From: Dictyostelium discoideum
Lineage: Eukaryota
Assembly: GCA_000004695.1 (NCBI GenBank)
Contig: CM000152.2
Location: forward strand, 3,008,001-3,072,000
Reading direction: 5' to 3'
DNA length: 64,000 nucleotides
Below the pieces are notes generated by a model. It did no database searches and had not been told where the DNA came from. It saw only the letters and a list, made by a program, of their open reading frames with translations. This document shows positions 28,249-42,940 of the stretch, piece by piece. Every line of letters begins with the position of its first letter. Within the stretch, counting starts at the first letter, position 1. The translations under genes were made by a program, and so were the position numbers.

Positions 28249-28715
28249 TTAATTAAATTATTATTTTTATTAATTATTATTATTTTTTGTGTTTATTTTT
28301 TTTTTTTTTTTTTTTGTTTGAAGAAAAAAAAATAAAATAAAAAAATAAAAAAAAAAATAAAAAAATTAAAAAAAGATTATTGATGATCGAAATGACAATA
28401 TGAGAGTGAAAATGGGTGTTCACACTCCCCAGAGTATTTTTTTATATTTTTAATTTTATAATTTTTTTTTTTTTTTATTTTTTTTTTTTTTTTTTTTTTT
28501 TAATTAAATTTAACAATTATTAATCAAAAATACATTTTTTTTTTTTTTAATATTGATTAATTTAATTTAATTTTAATTTTAATATTTTTTTTTTTATTTT
28601 TAAATTTTTCCAAAAAAACCGAACGACGATTTTTTTTTTTATTTTTTTTTTTTTTTATTTTTTTATTTCCCCAACATAATTACAAATATTAAAATAAAAA
28701 TAAAAATAAAAAAAG

Positions 28716-28951
28716 ATGGAAGGATTAGAAAAAGAAGTTATTGAATTTTTAAAAAAACATGATAAAGATTTTGAATACCAAGAATCAATAAAAAGAATAA
28801 AATGTACAGTAACCAACCATGAAATGTTACCAAGAATAGATATTTTAAAAATTCATTTAGAATCAAAGAAATTTAAAAATGAAAAATCAAAACAATTTGA
28901 TTTTAAAATTTATGAAGAAAAACAAATATATCAATCTAAAAAACCGTATGT

Positions 28952-28989
<38 letters not shown>

Positions 28990-30045
28990 TTTTAATTTTA
29001 ATATTAATATTAATTTATTATTTTTATTATTTTTTTTTTTTTATAAATAATAAATTAAAGAAATAAATTATTTTGTTCAATAACACAAACAGAATTAAAT
29101 AAAGATAGGGATGAAATTGAAAAACACATAAATGGTAGAAAATTTAAATTGGCATTAGAGAAAAAAGATGTAAATAAAAGTAGAAAGAAGAAGAAACAAC
29201 CAGATTATCTTGTTGATGATAATGATGAAAATGATGAAAATGATGAAAATGATGAAAATGATGAAAATGATGAAAATGATTTTATCCCAAATGAAGATGA
29301 AAATGCTGATGAGCAAGATAATGAAAATGAAGATGAAGGTGAAGACGATGATGAAGATGAAGCTAATTTAGATGAAGATGAAAGAGACTTTAGAAAAATT
29401 AGATTTATTGATGAAACTATTAGTACTGATGAAGAACTTTTAGATGATGATGATAATGATGATGATGGTGATGACAACGATGATGATCAAGAAGGTGGTG
29501 ATGATGATTTCGATTTCGAAGGTGAAGGTGAATTTGATGAGGAAGATGATGATCTCATGGAAGATGATGATGATGATGATGATTTTGAAGGTTTTGATCA
29601 TGAAGTTGATGGTATTAGTAGTGATGATGAAGTTAATCAAGAGGAGGAAAAGGAAGAGGAAAAGGAAGAAAAAGTTAAACCAAACCAAAAACAACCAAAA
29701 AATGTTGAAAATCAAAAAAAAGTTGAAACTCAAAAACAAACAAAAGTTGATCAACCAAAACAAACTAAAGTTGATCAACCAAAACAAACAAAAGCTGAAC
29801 AACCAAAACAAACAAAAGTTGAACAACCAAAACAAAATAAAGTTGATCAACCAAAACAAATTAAAAAAGTTGATCAACCAAAAAAAGTTGAACAACCAAA
29901 AAAAGTTGAGCAACCAAAAAAAGTTGAACAACCAAATAAAGAGGAAAAAACAATCAAACAAAAATCTGTTGAGCCAGCCCAAAAAACCCAAAAAAGAAAA
30001 CTTGAAGATATCCAAAATAATCCAAATAAAAAAAATAAAAAATAA
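28716..30045 (+). CDS. Hypothetical highly acidic protein with a (DEN)6 repeat, long D/E tract and a K/Q/P-rich 8-9-aa C-terminal repeat (QPKQTKVDQ)n; 2 exons
   Basis: Exon 1 28716..28945 (MEGLEKEVIEFLKKHDKDFEYQESIKRIK..., donor CC|GTATGT). Exon 2 ~29061..30045 (acceptor TTAAAG; P-NKLFCSITQTELNKDRDEIEKHINGRKFKLALEKK...). The track start at 29149 is a TTG pseudo-start inside exon 2. Confidence 0.55.
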
Positions 30046-30933
30046 TAAAAAACTAAAATAGAAAAATATATATATATTTTTTATACTATTTTTTATTTAT
30101 AAAATAAAAAAATGAATGTAATCATTCTATTTATTTTTTTATTTTTTTTTTTTATCAGTTGATATTGACTTAAGTCAATATTTTATTATTATTTTTTTTT
30201 TTTTTTTTGATCAAAATTAAAGCGATGCTGATTTTTTTGATTTTTTTAATTTTTTTTGTTAATATTTTATTATTATTGTTTTTTTTGATCAAAATTAAAG
30301 CATGTTGATTTTTTTTTATTTTTTTAATTTTTTTTTTTTTTATTTTTTTTTTTAATTTTTTTTTTATTTTTTATTTTTTTTATTTTTTATTTTTTTTTAT
30401 TTTTATTTTTTTTTTTTCAAAACCCAGTTTTTGTTTATTTATTTATTCATTTCATCCCACAAAAAAAAAAAAAGCCCCAAACTTAAACACACTTTTTTTT
30501 TTTGAAATAAAAAAAAAAAGAAAATAAAAAAAAAAAAAATAAAAAGAACACTGTTTTTTTTTTTTTTTTTTTTTATACCACTTTACTAAAATTAATCTAA
30601 TAATCATATTTATTTATAAAAACATAAACTCAAATAAACACTTATTACAATAACATTAACATTATTTATTCACCCACTTTGAAATTTTTTTTTTTTTATT
30701 CCCAAAAATAAAAAATTCAAAAACATTTGTATATATCAAAAAAAAAAAAAAAAAAAAAAATTCTATTAAAAATATTCAATGAATAAGAATTAACCAAAAA
30801 AAAAAAAATAATAAAAAAAAAAAAAAAAAATAAAAACAAAATAAAAAAAAAAAACAAATTCATTGTTATCAAAAAAAAAAAAAAAAAGAAGGAAAGAAGA
30901 ATATTTCTAAGAGAGAGAGAGAGAGAGAAGAAA

Positions 30934-30970
<37 letters not shown>

Positions 30971-30984
30971 ATAAATTAAAAATA

Positions 30985-33507
<2,523 letters not shown>

Positions 33508-33997
33508 AAAAATAAAAAAAAAACTACCAAAACAATAAAAATAGTTTTTTTAAAAAAAGAATTAAAAAAATTAAAAAAAAAAAAATAGAATTAAGAATAT
33601 TATTAAAATAATTTGTTCATCTAATTTTCTTTTATAATAGATTTTGTTTTTTTTTTTTATGGTTCAAATTAATTTAGAAAGATTTTTTCAAAAATTTTTT
33701 TTTTTGGCTTGAACCATTTTTTTTATTTTAAAGAATTCAACATTTTTTTTCTTTTTTTTTTTTCTTTTTTTTATTGATGGCTTTAAAATAAGAAAAGATT
33801 AGAAAAAGATGGTTTTTTTTAGAAATTTACAAAGAAATAGAGTATTGTAGAGTTTTTTGGGTTTTATTAATTTTGTTTTTTTTTGATTTTTTTGATTTTT
33901 TTTTTTTTTTGTTTAAAAAGGTTCTTTTTAAATTTTAAAATTCATTTTTATTCTTGTAGACTTTATTTTTATTGAAATAGTATTTAAAAAAAAAAAA

Positions 33998-36830
33998 ATG
34001 AAAGAAAAAATTAAATTAAGTTTATTAATTTTAACCTCAATTATTTTGGCTGTAGCCAATTCTCAAACACAACCAAGTAATTATCTTTAAAATTAATTTT
34101 ACATTTTAATTTAAATAAAAAAATATTAATATAAATAAAATTAATAATAATAATAGAAACTTTGGCAATGACAGCTACTGTTTATGACCAACATACATTT
34201 TACAACGACAATTTTGAGAACCAAGGACCGGCTTATTTAACGAAAAACATGGTTGTTAGTAAACTTGATAAAACTTTAAAGATTCCACAATTAGTGAGCT
34301 TAGATATTAATGTGGAAGGAAAAACTGGTGTAAATTATTTTGGAACAATGTATAATCCAAAACTCTTTAAATATTTTTTCTCAGAAAATACAAATGCTTC
34401 TCCAGATGATAAAAACTCTGGTAAAAACTTTCCATTATTGATGGATTTAATTCTTACATTAAATGAAACAAGTGGAGCTTATGAATTCTCTAAACAAGGT
34501 AATTTTTTAAAATTATTATTATTTCATTTTTTAAAAAAATAATAAAATGAAAAATAAAGTTATTTACCAACAGTAATATCCTATAAAATTAAAAAAAGAA
34601 TACTTTCCAATTAATGGTAAAGGATTTAATGATCCATCATACAAAGTACCACCAAAATATAAAGCAGATTCTCCAAATGTGGATTGGTTTAAAATGGCTG
34701 GCGGAGGATATTCTCAAAACAATTATAATTATTGTATTAAGGTAATTAATTAAATTAATAAACAATTAAAAAAATTTTAAATTATTAACTCTTGTTTTAT
34801 TTTGGGAAATGCATTAAAATAAAAAAATAAAAAAAATAAAAAAAAAAAGTTAAATTCCAAATTCACATATTTCAACAAAGGTGAAGTATTTAATTTTAGA
34901 GGTGATGATGATGTATGGGTATTTATAGATAATAGACTTGTTGTTGATTTAGGTGGTTTACATACAGCTGAAACCGCAAATATTAAATTGAAGGATATTA
35001 CAAATCCCCCATTACAAACTAATAAAATCTACGATTTAGATTTCTTTTATTGTGAAAGAAGAGCAACTGGATCATCAATTCAACTATCCACAACTCTCGA
35101 AATTTTCTGTGTAGATGATTATTGTGGTAAGTTTTTTTTTTAATTTTAGAATATTATAAATACATATATTAATTATATAATATAATGATGTGTATTTTAA
35201 CTTTTTTTTTTTAATATTTTTTTTTTTTTTTAAAAAAAATTATTTATTTAAGGTGTTTGTAATGGTGATGGTACAAGTTGTTGTACTTCATCAACTTGTG
35301 AAGATAATAATGCATGTACAATTGATAAGTAAGTGTTTTATAATAAATTGAAAACTTTAATTGGAAAAAATTATTAATATTTGATTATTATAAAGGTGTC
35401 CAAAACTTGGATCAGTTGCACCAGGAAAATTCACAAAGGATGACTGTGTATATTCAGAGGTCGTTTGCCCAATTGAATCTAACCAATGCTTAAGACCATA
35501 TTGTGATCCAAAAGAAGGTTGTAAAACTTCACCAGTTGAATGTGTAAATGGTAATATTGATAAATGTTTTGAACAATTCGGTAGTTGTGACTCTTCTCTA
35601 GGTTGTCAATATAATTATAAATGTAATGCCTATGGTAAATGTAATTTGGGATGTAGTGGTGGTCAATGTAAAGTTAAAACCTCAGAACAATGTTCAGAAG
35701 AATTTGGAAATGATCCATGTTACACTTACAGTTGTGACGTAGAACTTGGTTGTGTGAGAACTGAAAAATGTTCACAAGAAGATGCCAAACTATGTACCAT
35801 CAATACTTGCTTAAAAAATGTAACAAGAGAAGATGATAGATGCGAACTTGTAAGTATTCAAGAAGAATGTAATTGTTGCGCAGGTCATACAGTTGATCCT
35901 TGCCAATTGCCAGGTTGTGGTGAACCAGGTGAATGTAAACCAGTTGATAAAATCATTGATGATAATAATTTATGTACAATTGATAAATGTGAAAATGGTA
36001 CAATTACACATACTCCTGTAAAATGTGGTGGTTGTTCAATATGTGATTCGAAAACAGGTCAATGTGTTATAAATCCACCCATCTGTGATGATGATAATGT
36101 TTGCACAATTGATACATGTTCACTTGTTGAAAATCCAAATGGCTCCATCGATGGTGTATGTTCTAATAAAATTTTTGATTGTGCTTCAAATGATACTGAT
36201 TTATGTAATATTTGGACATGTGATGCAAATAATGGTGGTTGTCAATCGATAAAAAAGGTTTGTGATGATCCTTCTCCATGTCTTGTAAGTAAATGCGAAC
36301 CATCAACTGGTCAATGTGTGGACAGTCCAAGAACATGTGATCATGGTGGTGCTTTTTGTTTAATTTCAGAGTGTGATGAAAGACTTGGTTGTATCGTTTA
36401 CAATAGACAATGTGCATCTGATAATAGAAAATGTCAAGCTGGTGTTTGTGTTAATGGCACTAGCTCTGAGGAAGGTCATTGTACATCTGTAGACTATGAT
36501 CCATTACCATTTGGTTGTAATACGGCTGCTGTTGTTTCAACTGCTGTTATTGCTGGTGTTACTGTTGCTGCTGTTGTTGGTCTTGGTATTTTCCTTGTAA
36601 GTCTTTCACAAACTCTTTTATTTTATTTATTTATTTTTTTTTTTTTAAACATTGAATTGATTTTATACTAACATTAATTTATTATTTATCAACAGTATGG
36701 AGGTAAAAAAGGTTATGATTATTATCAAGATAATAAAAGTAAAGGAATGACTGGTGCAAATTCAAACCCATTATATAAGGAATCAGGTAATGCTGGGCAA
36801 AATCCATTATATAATGATAATAATTTATAA
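33998..36830 (+). CDS. Psi-family (PsiA-like) protein: signal peptide, PA14 domain, Dictyostelium Cys-rich CTDC/EGF-like repeats, C-terminal TM, NPxY-type tail; 7 exons, ~750 aa
   Basis: Exons 33998..34076, 34157..34498, 34599..34741, 34850..35126, 35253..35328, 35396..36596, 36696..36830, all with GTAAGT/GTAATT donors and T-rich...AG acceptors. PA14 core GDDDVWVFIDNRLVVDLGGLH...YDLDFFYCERRATGSSIQL. More than 12 repeats of the C-x-I-D-x-C type (NLCTIDKCENG..., NVCTIDTCSL...). TM AVVSTAVIAGVTVAAVVGLGIFLV then YGGKKGYDYYQDNKSKGMTGANSNPLYKESGNAGQNPLYNDNNL*. Confidence 0.8.
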
Positions 36831-37169
36831 AAAATAAATTCGGTTTTATATTAGTGATTAATAATTTATAAATTTTTATCATTATATAATGGATTTTATT
36901 TAGATTAAAATTTTCATATTAAAATTTTTTTTTTTGACATTTTGTTTTGGTTTGACACTTGGTTTGACAATTAGGTGTAATATGGATGTTTTTGGTTGTT
37001 TTAAAAAAAAAAAAAATGGCTTTTTTTGAAAAAAAAAAAAGTTTAAAAAAATAAAAAACTCTAAAAAAATGTTTTCAAAAGAAGAAAAAGGTGTAATAAT
37101 ATTTAAATTTATTAATTTATTTTTTTTTTTTTTTTTTTTAAGAAAACTATAAATTAACAATTTTTTGTG

Positions 37170-37293
37170 GAAATTATAATATTATTTTATGTATAATAAT
37201 TTTATCCAAAATTGTTTTGGCCAATGCACAATCTCCACCAAGTAATTATCTTTCAATAAATTTTTAAATATTAAATAAACTAAATAATATTAA

Positions 37294-37337
<44 letters not shown>

Positions 37338-37510
37338 TAATAGAAAATTTGAATATGAGGGTTACTGTTTATGACCAACATTTCTTTTATAATAACAATT
37401 TTGAAACAGTAGGAGTTGCTTATGTGACTAAGGGCTTAACAATAACGATGAATATAATAATATAATTGATATTGTTATATTACAAAATCCATTATATAAC
37501 AATATCAAGG
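37170..37510 (+). pseudogene. Remnant of a third psi-family gene: signal-peptide exon (no in-frame ATG), intron, ~45 codons of exon 2, then fused directly to a tail-like segment
   Basis: 37200..37255 aligns to exon 1 of 33998 (..ILSKIVLANAQSPP|GTAATTATCTTTC). After ATAATAG, 37346..37440 aligns to exon 2 (VTVYDQHFFYNNNFETVGVAYVTKGL) then hits a stop. 37470..37500 (AAAATCCATTATATAACAAT) resembles the QNPLYNDNN tail codons. The PA14 and Cys-repeat exons are absent. Confidence 0.55.
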
Positions 37511-38315
37511 TATAAAATTATATTTCTTTTAAAAAAAAAAAATGAAAAAAAAAAATTTTAAAAAATATATAATTTTACATAAATTAATTTTTTATAAATA
37601 TTATTATTATCAATTATAATAATATTATAAAAATAAACTTTTTTAAAATAAAAAAAAAAAATAAAAAATTAAAAAAAAAATAAACAAATAAAAAAAAAAA
37701 TTTTATTTTTAAACTAATTATTATTTTATTTATAAAACTAACTAAAAAAAAAAAAAAAAAAAAATTTGGAAGATATAAAGAAAAAATAAAGAAATATAGA
37801 AAATAAAAAAAAATAATATTAAATAAAACTAAAATTTAAGCACTATTAAAAAATTATATTGGAAATAGTAATAAAATTGAGAAAAATATTGATTTTTAAA
37901 TTTTTTTTTTGTCCAACCCAATTTTTTTGATCATCATGATTATTTTAAAAATCATTGAAAAAAAAAAAATAAATAAAAATACATGAAGTTTCTGCCCCCT
38001 ATTTTTTTTTTTGTGTGTGTCACTAAGTTTAAACACAGTTTTTTTTTATTTTTCACTTTTTTTTGCGGATCTTTTGTTTTTCAAATAAATAAATCAAAAA
38101 AAAAAAGATATTTTTAATCTCAAAAAATTGTAACAAATTTCTCAAGAGTTAATTTTGAAAAAAAAAAAAAAAAAAAAAATTAACAAAGCGTAAAAAAAAA
38201 AAAAAAAACCATTACCATTATTTTACCACTCATCAAAAAACAACAAATAAAAAATAAGAAAGTCTAAAATATTAAAAGAATAAAAAAAATATATACAATA
38301 AAATAAAAAAACAAA

Positions 38316-38446
38316 ATGTTCATTCAAAGAACATTTTTAAAAGTTCTTACTCTTTTGAGTATAGTAACAGTTTTGGTCCATGGACAAACTCAACCAAAAG
38401 GTAAGCCATAAAAAAAAAATTAAATAAAAATAGAAAAATAAAAAAA

Positions 38447-38487
<41 letters not shown>

Positions 38488-38579
38488 AATAAATAAATAA
38501 ATTTAAATGAAGAAAATCTTTTAAATTTTTATATAAATAAATTTAATTTTTATAAATAATAAGAAATTAATAAAATTAA

Positions 38580-38616
<37 letters not shown>

Positions 38617-38956
38617 TAAAATTACATTGAAGGCCGTAATTTATGATCAACACAAGTTTTATAATCCAAATTTCCAACCAAAAAATGAGGGAGAATTTGT
38701 TTTAACTAAGGGAATTGTCAAATCAGATATTGATCAAGAAAAAAGAATTCCAGTTTTAAATAGTATGGATGCCAATGATTCTATAAATAAAAAGGCAAGA
38801 ATTAGTTGGCCAGATGGTTTTAAGTATTTTTTTGTAGATAACCAAGCTGGTGATTCAAAATCTGCCAAATCTGGTAAAAATCTTCCAATTCAAAGAGATA
38901 TCGAGTTAAATTGGAATGGAGAAGCATATGAATATAGTAATTCAAGTGAGTATTTG

Positions 38957-38996
<40 letters not shown>

Positions 38997-39046
38997 AAAT
39001 TTAATATTAAAATAGTTTCTAATTAAAAATTTTATTTTTATTTTTT

Positions 39047-39079
<33 letters not shown>

Positions 39080-39637
39080 ATTTGTGTAATTAAGATTACT
39101 TCCCAATTAACGGACAAGGTTTCAATGATGTAAGCTATCCAGTTCCAAGAGGTTATGTACCAATTTCTGGAGAATCCTGGACATCAATGTCAACTTCAAC
39201 TTCATTAAAGGGTAATAACTATAATTTTTGTTTAAAAGTAAGTTTTAGTTTTTATTTTATTTTATTTTTATAATTTTCCTCTCCACATATTAATATTTTT
39301 TATTATAATTATTTTTATTATTTTTAAAATAATTTCTTTTAAAATAGTTAAACTCTAAATTTACATACAACGGAAACGAAGTCTTTAAATTCACTGGTGA
39401 TGATGATGTATGGGTATATATTAATAATAAGTTGGTTGTTGATATTGGTGGTATCCATTCACAAGTAAGTGCTTCAGTAGATGTTACTAAACTTGGTCTC
39501 ACTGTAGGAACCATTTATAACTTTGATTTCTTTTATTGTGAAAGAAAAACAAGTGAGTCTAATATCAAAATTCAAACAACAATTGAAACTTATTGTGCCT
39601 ATGTTGATTACTGTGGTGGTAAGTTTTATTTTTATTT

Positions 39638-39687
<50 letters not shown>

Positions 39688-39867
39688 AAATTTATCATTT
39701 AAATTAACTTATTATTATTATTATCATTTGAAATTATTATAATTATTATATATAGTTTGTGAAGGAGATGGTTCAACATGTTGCAATCCAGCTACTACTT
39801 GTAATGATGGTAAAAGATGTACTAATGATTTGTAAGTATTTTATTTTTTTTTTTAAAAAAAAATTTC

Positions 39868-39903
<36 letters not shown>

Positions 39904-41419
39904 AATTTACCAATCAAATTTACTAATATTATAAAACTTAATAGTTGTCCAGATCCAAAATCCCCATTAGCTGGAAAAGATATTAGCAAATATTGTGACC
40001 ATATTCCAGTTAAAACTTGCTCAAGTAAAGATACATTATGTAAACAATATACTTGTAGTGATGATCTTAAAGGTGATATGTGTGTTATCAAAAATACTGT
40101 CACCTGCCCAGGCAATCAAACAAACTGTGAAGCCTCTGGTTATTGTGATGATAAATTTGGTTGTATTAATCCATCAAAATGTACAGATTACATTGGTCAA
40201 TGCTTTTCTGGTAAATGTGTAAATGGTGAATGTGCAAAGGTTACAGCAGACGATTGCGAAAAAATAATTGGAGGTGTATGTAGATCAGACTATGTTTGTG
40301 AACCAGGTCTCGGCTGCAAATCATCAGAGAGATGTAGACAAGGTAGTGATATTTGTGATCTTGTAACTTGTGATCCAAAAGCAACTGACGAATCAAAGAG
40401 ATGTATTACCACTGTTTTAACTGACGAAGAATGTAGATGTTGTGAATATGATACATTGAGATTCTGTGAACAAGCTGCATGTAGTAATAAAACCGGTCTT
40501 TGTCAACCAATTCCAAAGAATGTAGATGATGGTAATTTATGTACAATCGACGCCTGTAATGAAGATGAAAAAACCATCACCCACGTTCAAGTTACATGTG
40601 GTGGTTGTGAAACCTGTTCATACGCTACCGGTAAATGTGAACCAGATAGTTCACTTTGTAATGATAACAATATTTGTACCATTGATATTTGTGTCCATGA
40701 AGGTATTCTCGATGGTCTACCACAAGGTAATTGTTCAAATACTCCAGTTGATTGTGGTGCCAATGATGAAGATAAATGTAAAACTTGGTCTTGTGATCCA
40801 ACTAAAGGTGGCTGTCAATCAACCCCAGTCGTTTGTGAAGATAAAGGTAAATGTTTAGTTGGTACTTGTCAACCATCCACTGGTCAATGTGAATACTCTG
40901 ATAGAGTTTGTGATAATGGTGGTGCTTTCTGTGTTATTGGCCAATGTGATCAAAGACTTGGTTGTTTAGTTTTCGATAGAGTTTGTTCATCTGATAATAG
41001 TAGATGTGAAGAAGGTGTTTGTGTAAATGGTACTGAATCTGAAGAAGGTCATTGTAAATCTGTTAAATATGACCCATTACCATTCAATTGTAATACTGGT
41101 GCTGTTGTTTCAACTGCTGTTATTGCTGGTTCTACTGTCGCTGGTGCTGTTGCTCTTGGTATTTTCCTTGTAAGTTTTTTTTTTTTTTTTTTTTAATAAT
41201 AATTATACACACACACACAATTTGTATTAAAACTAATTTTTTTTTTTTTTCCAAAATTTATTTTATTCTTATAAATAGTATGGTGGTAAAAAAGGTTATG
41301 ACTATTGGAAAGACTCAAGAAATATTTCAATGGGCTCATCAAATAGTAATCCATTGTATGAAGAACAACAAACTGGAAGAGGTGTCAACCCAATGTATGA
41401 CGATCCAGCTGCTAATTAA
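38316..41419 (+). CDS. Psi-family protein, paralog of 33998..36830 with the same 7-exon structure, ~756 aa
   Basis: Exons 38316..38400, 38616..38945, 39095..39237, 39348..39618, 39756..39831, 39945..41169, 41279..41419. PA14 core GDDDVWVYINNKLVVDIGGIH...YNFDFFYCERKTSESNI. CTDC repeats (NLCTIDACNED..., NICTIDICVHEG...). TM VVSTAVIAGSTVAGAVALGIFLV. Tail YGGKKGYDYWKDSRNISMGSSNSNPLYEEQQTGRGVNPMYDDPAAN*. Intron phases identical to paralog 1. Confidence 0.8.
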
Positions 41420-41431
41420 ACAAATTAAACA

Positions 41432-41467
<36 letters not shown>

Positions 41468-41931
41468 AATATTTGTATTATTTATTATCAATTTTTTTTT
41501 GGATTTTTTTTTTTCTTGTATATATATTAAAAAAAAAAAAACAATTATCTATTTATCTTTCCGCTCAATAAAATAAAATTAAATAATATTATTATATTCA
41601 TTTAAATTTAGATTTTTTTATTTTTATTTTTTTCAAAAATTAAAATTGTATATATATATCTATTTTTGGTGTAATTATTTCCAAAAAAAATTAATAATGA
41701 TTTTTTTTTTTTTTTGTTTTTTTGTTTTTTTTTTTTTTTTTTTTAAATGAAAATATATTCAAATCGAAAGATGTTCTAAAAAATTTTTATTAAAATTTGG
41801 AAATATTAATATTAAGATGACATAATTTTGATGGTGTTTCGTTTTATTTATTTTTTTTATTTTTTTTATTTTTTATTTTTGTTTTTTTTTATTTTTTAAA
41901 AAAAAAAAAAAATAAAAAAAAAAATAAAATT

Positions 41932-41973
<42 letters not shown>

Positions 41974-42098
41974 TGTACAATAATCGAACAATATTAGATA
42001 TTTTTTTTTATTTAATATAAAAAAAAGTATTTGTGTAAATAAATAAATAAATTATAAATCAATAAAACAAAAAAAAAACAATATATACAAAATAATAA

Positions 42099-42441
42099 AT
42101 GTCAATTTCAGGTGTCGTAAAATTGGGAAAGCCTTCAAAAAAGGCAATTTTTTCAATGGTAAGCGAATTCTTTGAAATTTTTTTAATTATTATAAAAAAA
42201 CAAAAAATAAAAAAATAAAAAAAAAGTATGAAATACTAATTTAAAAATTATAGACAGACTCTGCATTAAAAAGAGTGAAAGAGATTATGAATGATAAGAA
42301 AATAGATAATTGTATTGGTCTTAGATTAGGTATTAAAGAAAGAGGTTGCTCTGGTATGTCATACACCTTAGACTTTGCAACTCAAAAGAATAAATTTGAT
42401 GAAACTGTTGTTGCTGACAAAGGTAATTAACACAAAATAAA

Positions 42442-42528
<87 letters not shown>

Positions 42529-42794
42529 GTAATAATAGTAATATTAACAATATATTTATATTTATAATGATAATAATAAATAATAATAATAATATAATAA
42601 TAGATATCAATATTATAGTAGATTCAAAAGCATTATTATCAGTTATAGGTACAGAGATGGATTACATTGAAGAACCAATTAAAAAAGAATTTATATTTAT
42701 TAATCCAAATGCAACAAATACATGTGGTTGTGGAGAATCCTTTACCACTAAAGATTTTTCAATACCTGACTTAAAACTACCAAAAAAGAATTAA
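42099..42794 (+). CDS. Iron-sulfur cluster assembly protein, IscA/HesB family (ISCA1-like), 3 exons, ~139 aa
   Basis: Exons 42099..42158, 42254..42422, 42604..42794. Sequence RLGIKERGCSGMSYTLDF...VDSKALLSVIGTEMDYIEE...FIFINPNATNTCGCGESF is the HesB signature with the three conserved Cys. Intron 2 carries a long (ATA)n microsatellite. Confidence 0.85.
42444..42540. repeat. (ATA)n microsatellite inside intron 2 of the IscA gene
   Basis: ~30 ATA units with two AGT interruptions. Confidence 0.9.
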
Positions 42795-42940
42795 TATTAA
42801 AAGATAAATTAAACAAAATTTTATATATTTATAGTGTTATTTTTAAAAAACACTCGAAACAAAAAACAAAAAAAAAAACTATTACTGTGTCTCCTCTTCT
42901 TTTTTTTTTTTATATTTTTTTTTTATTTATTTATTATTTA

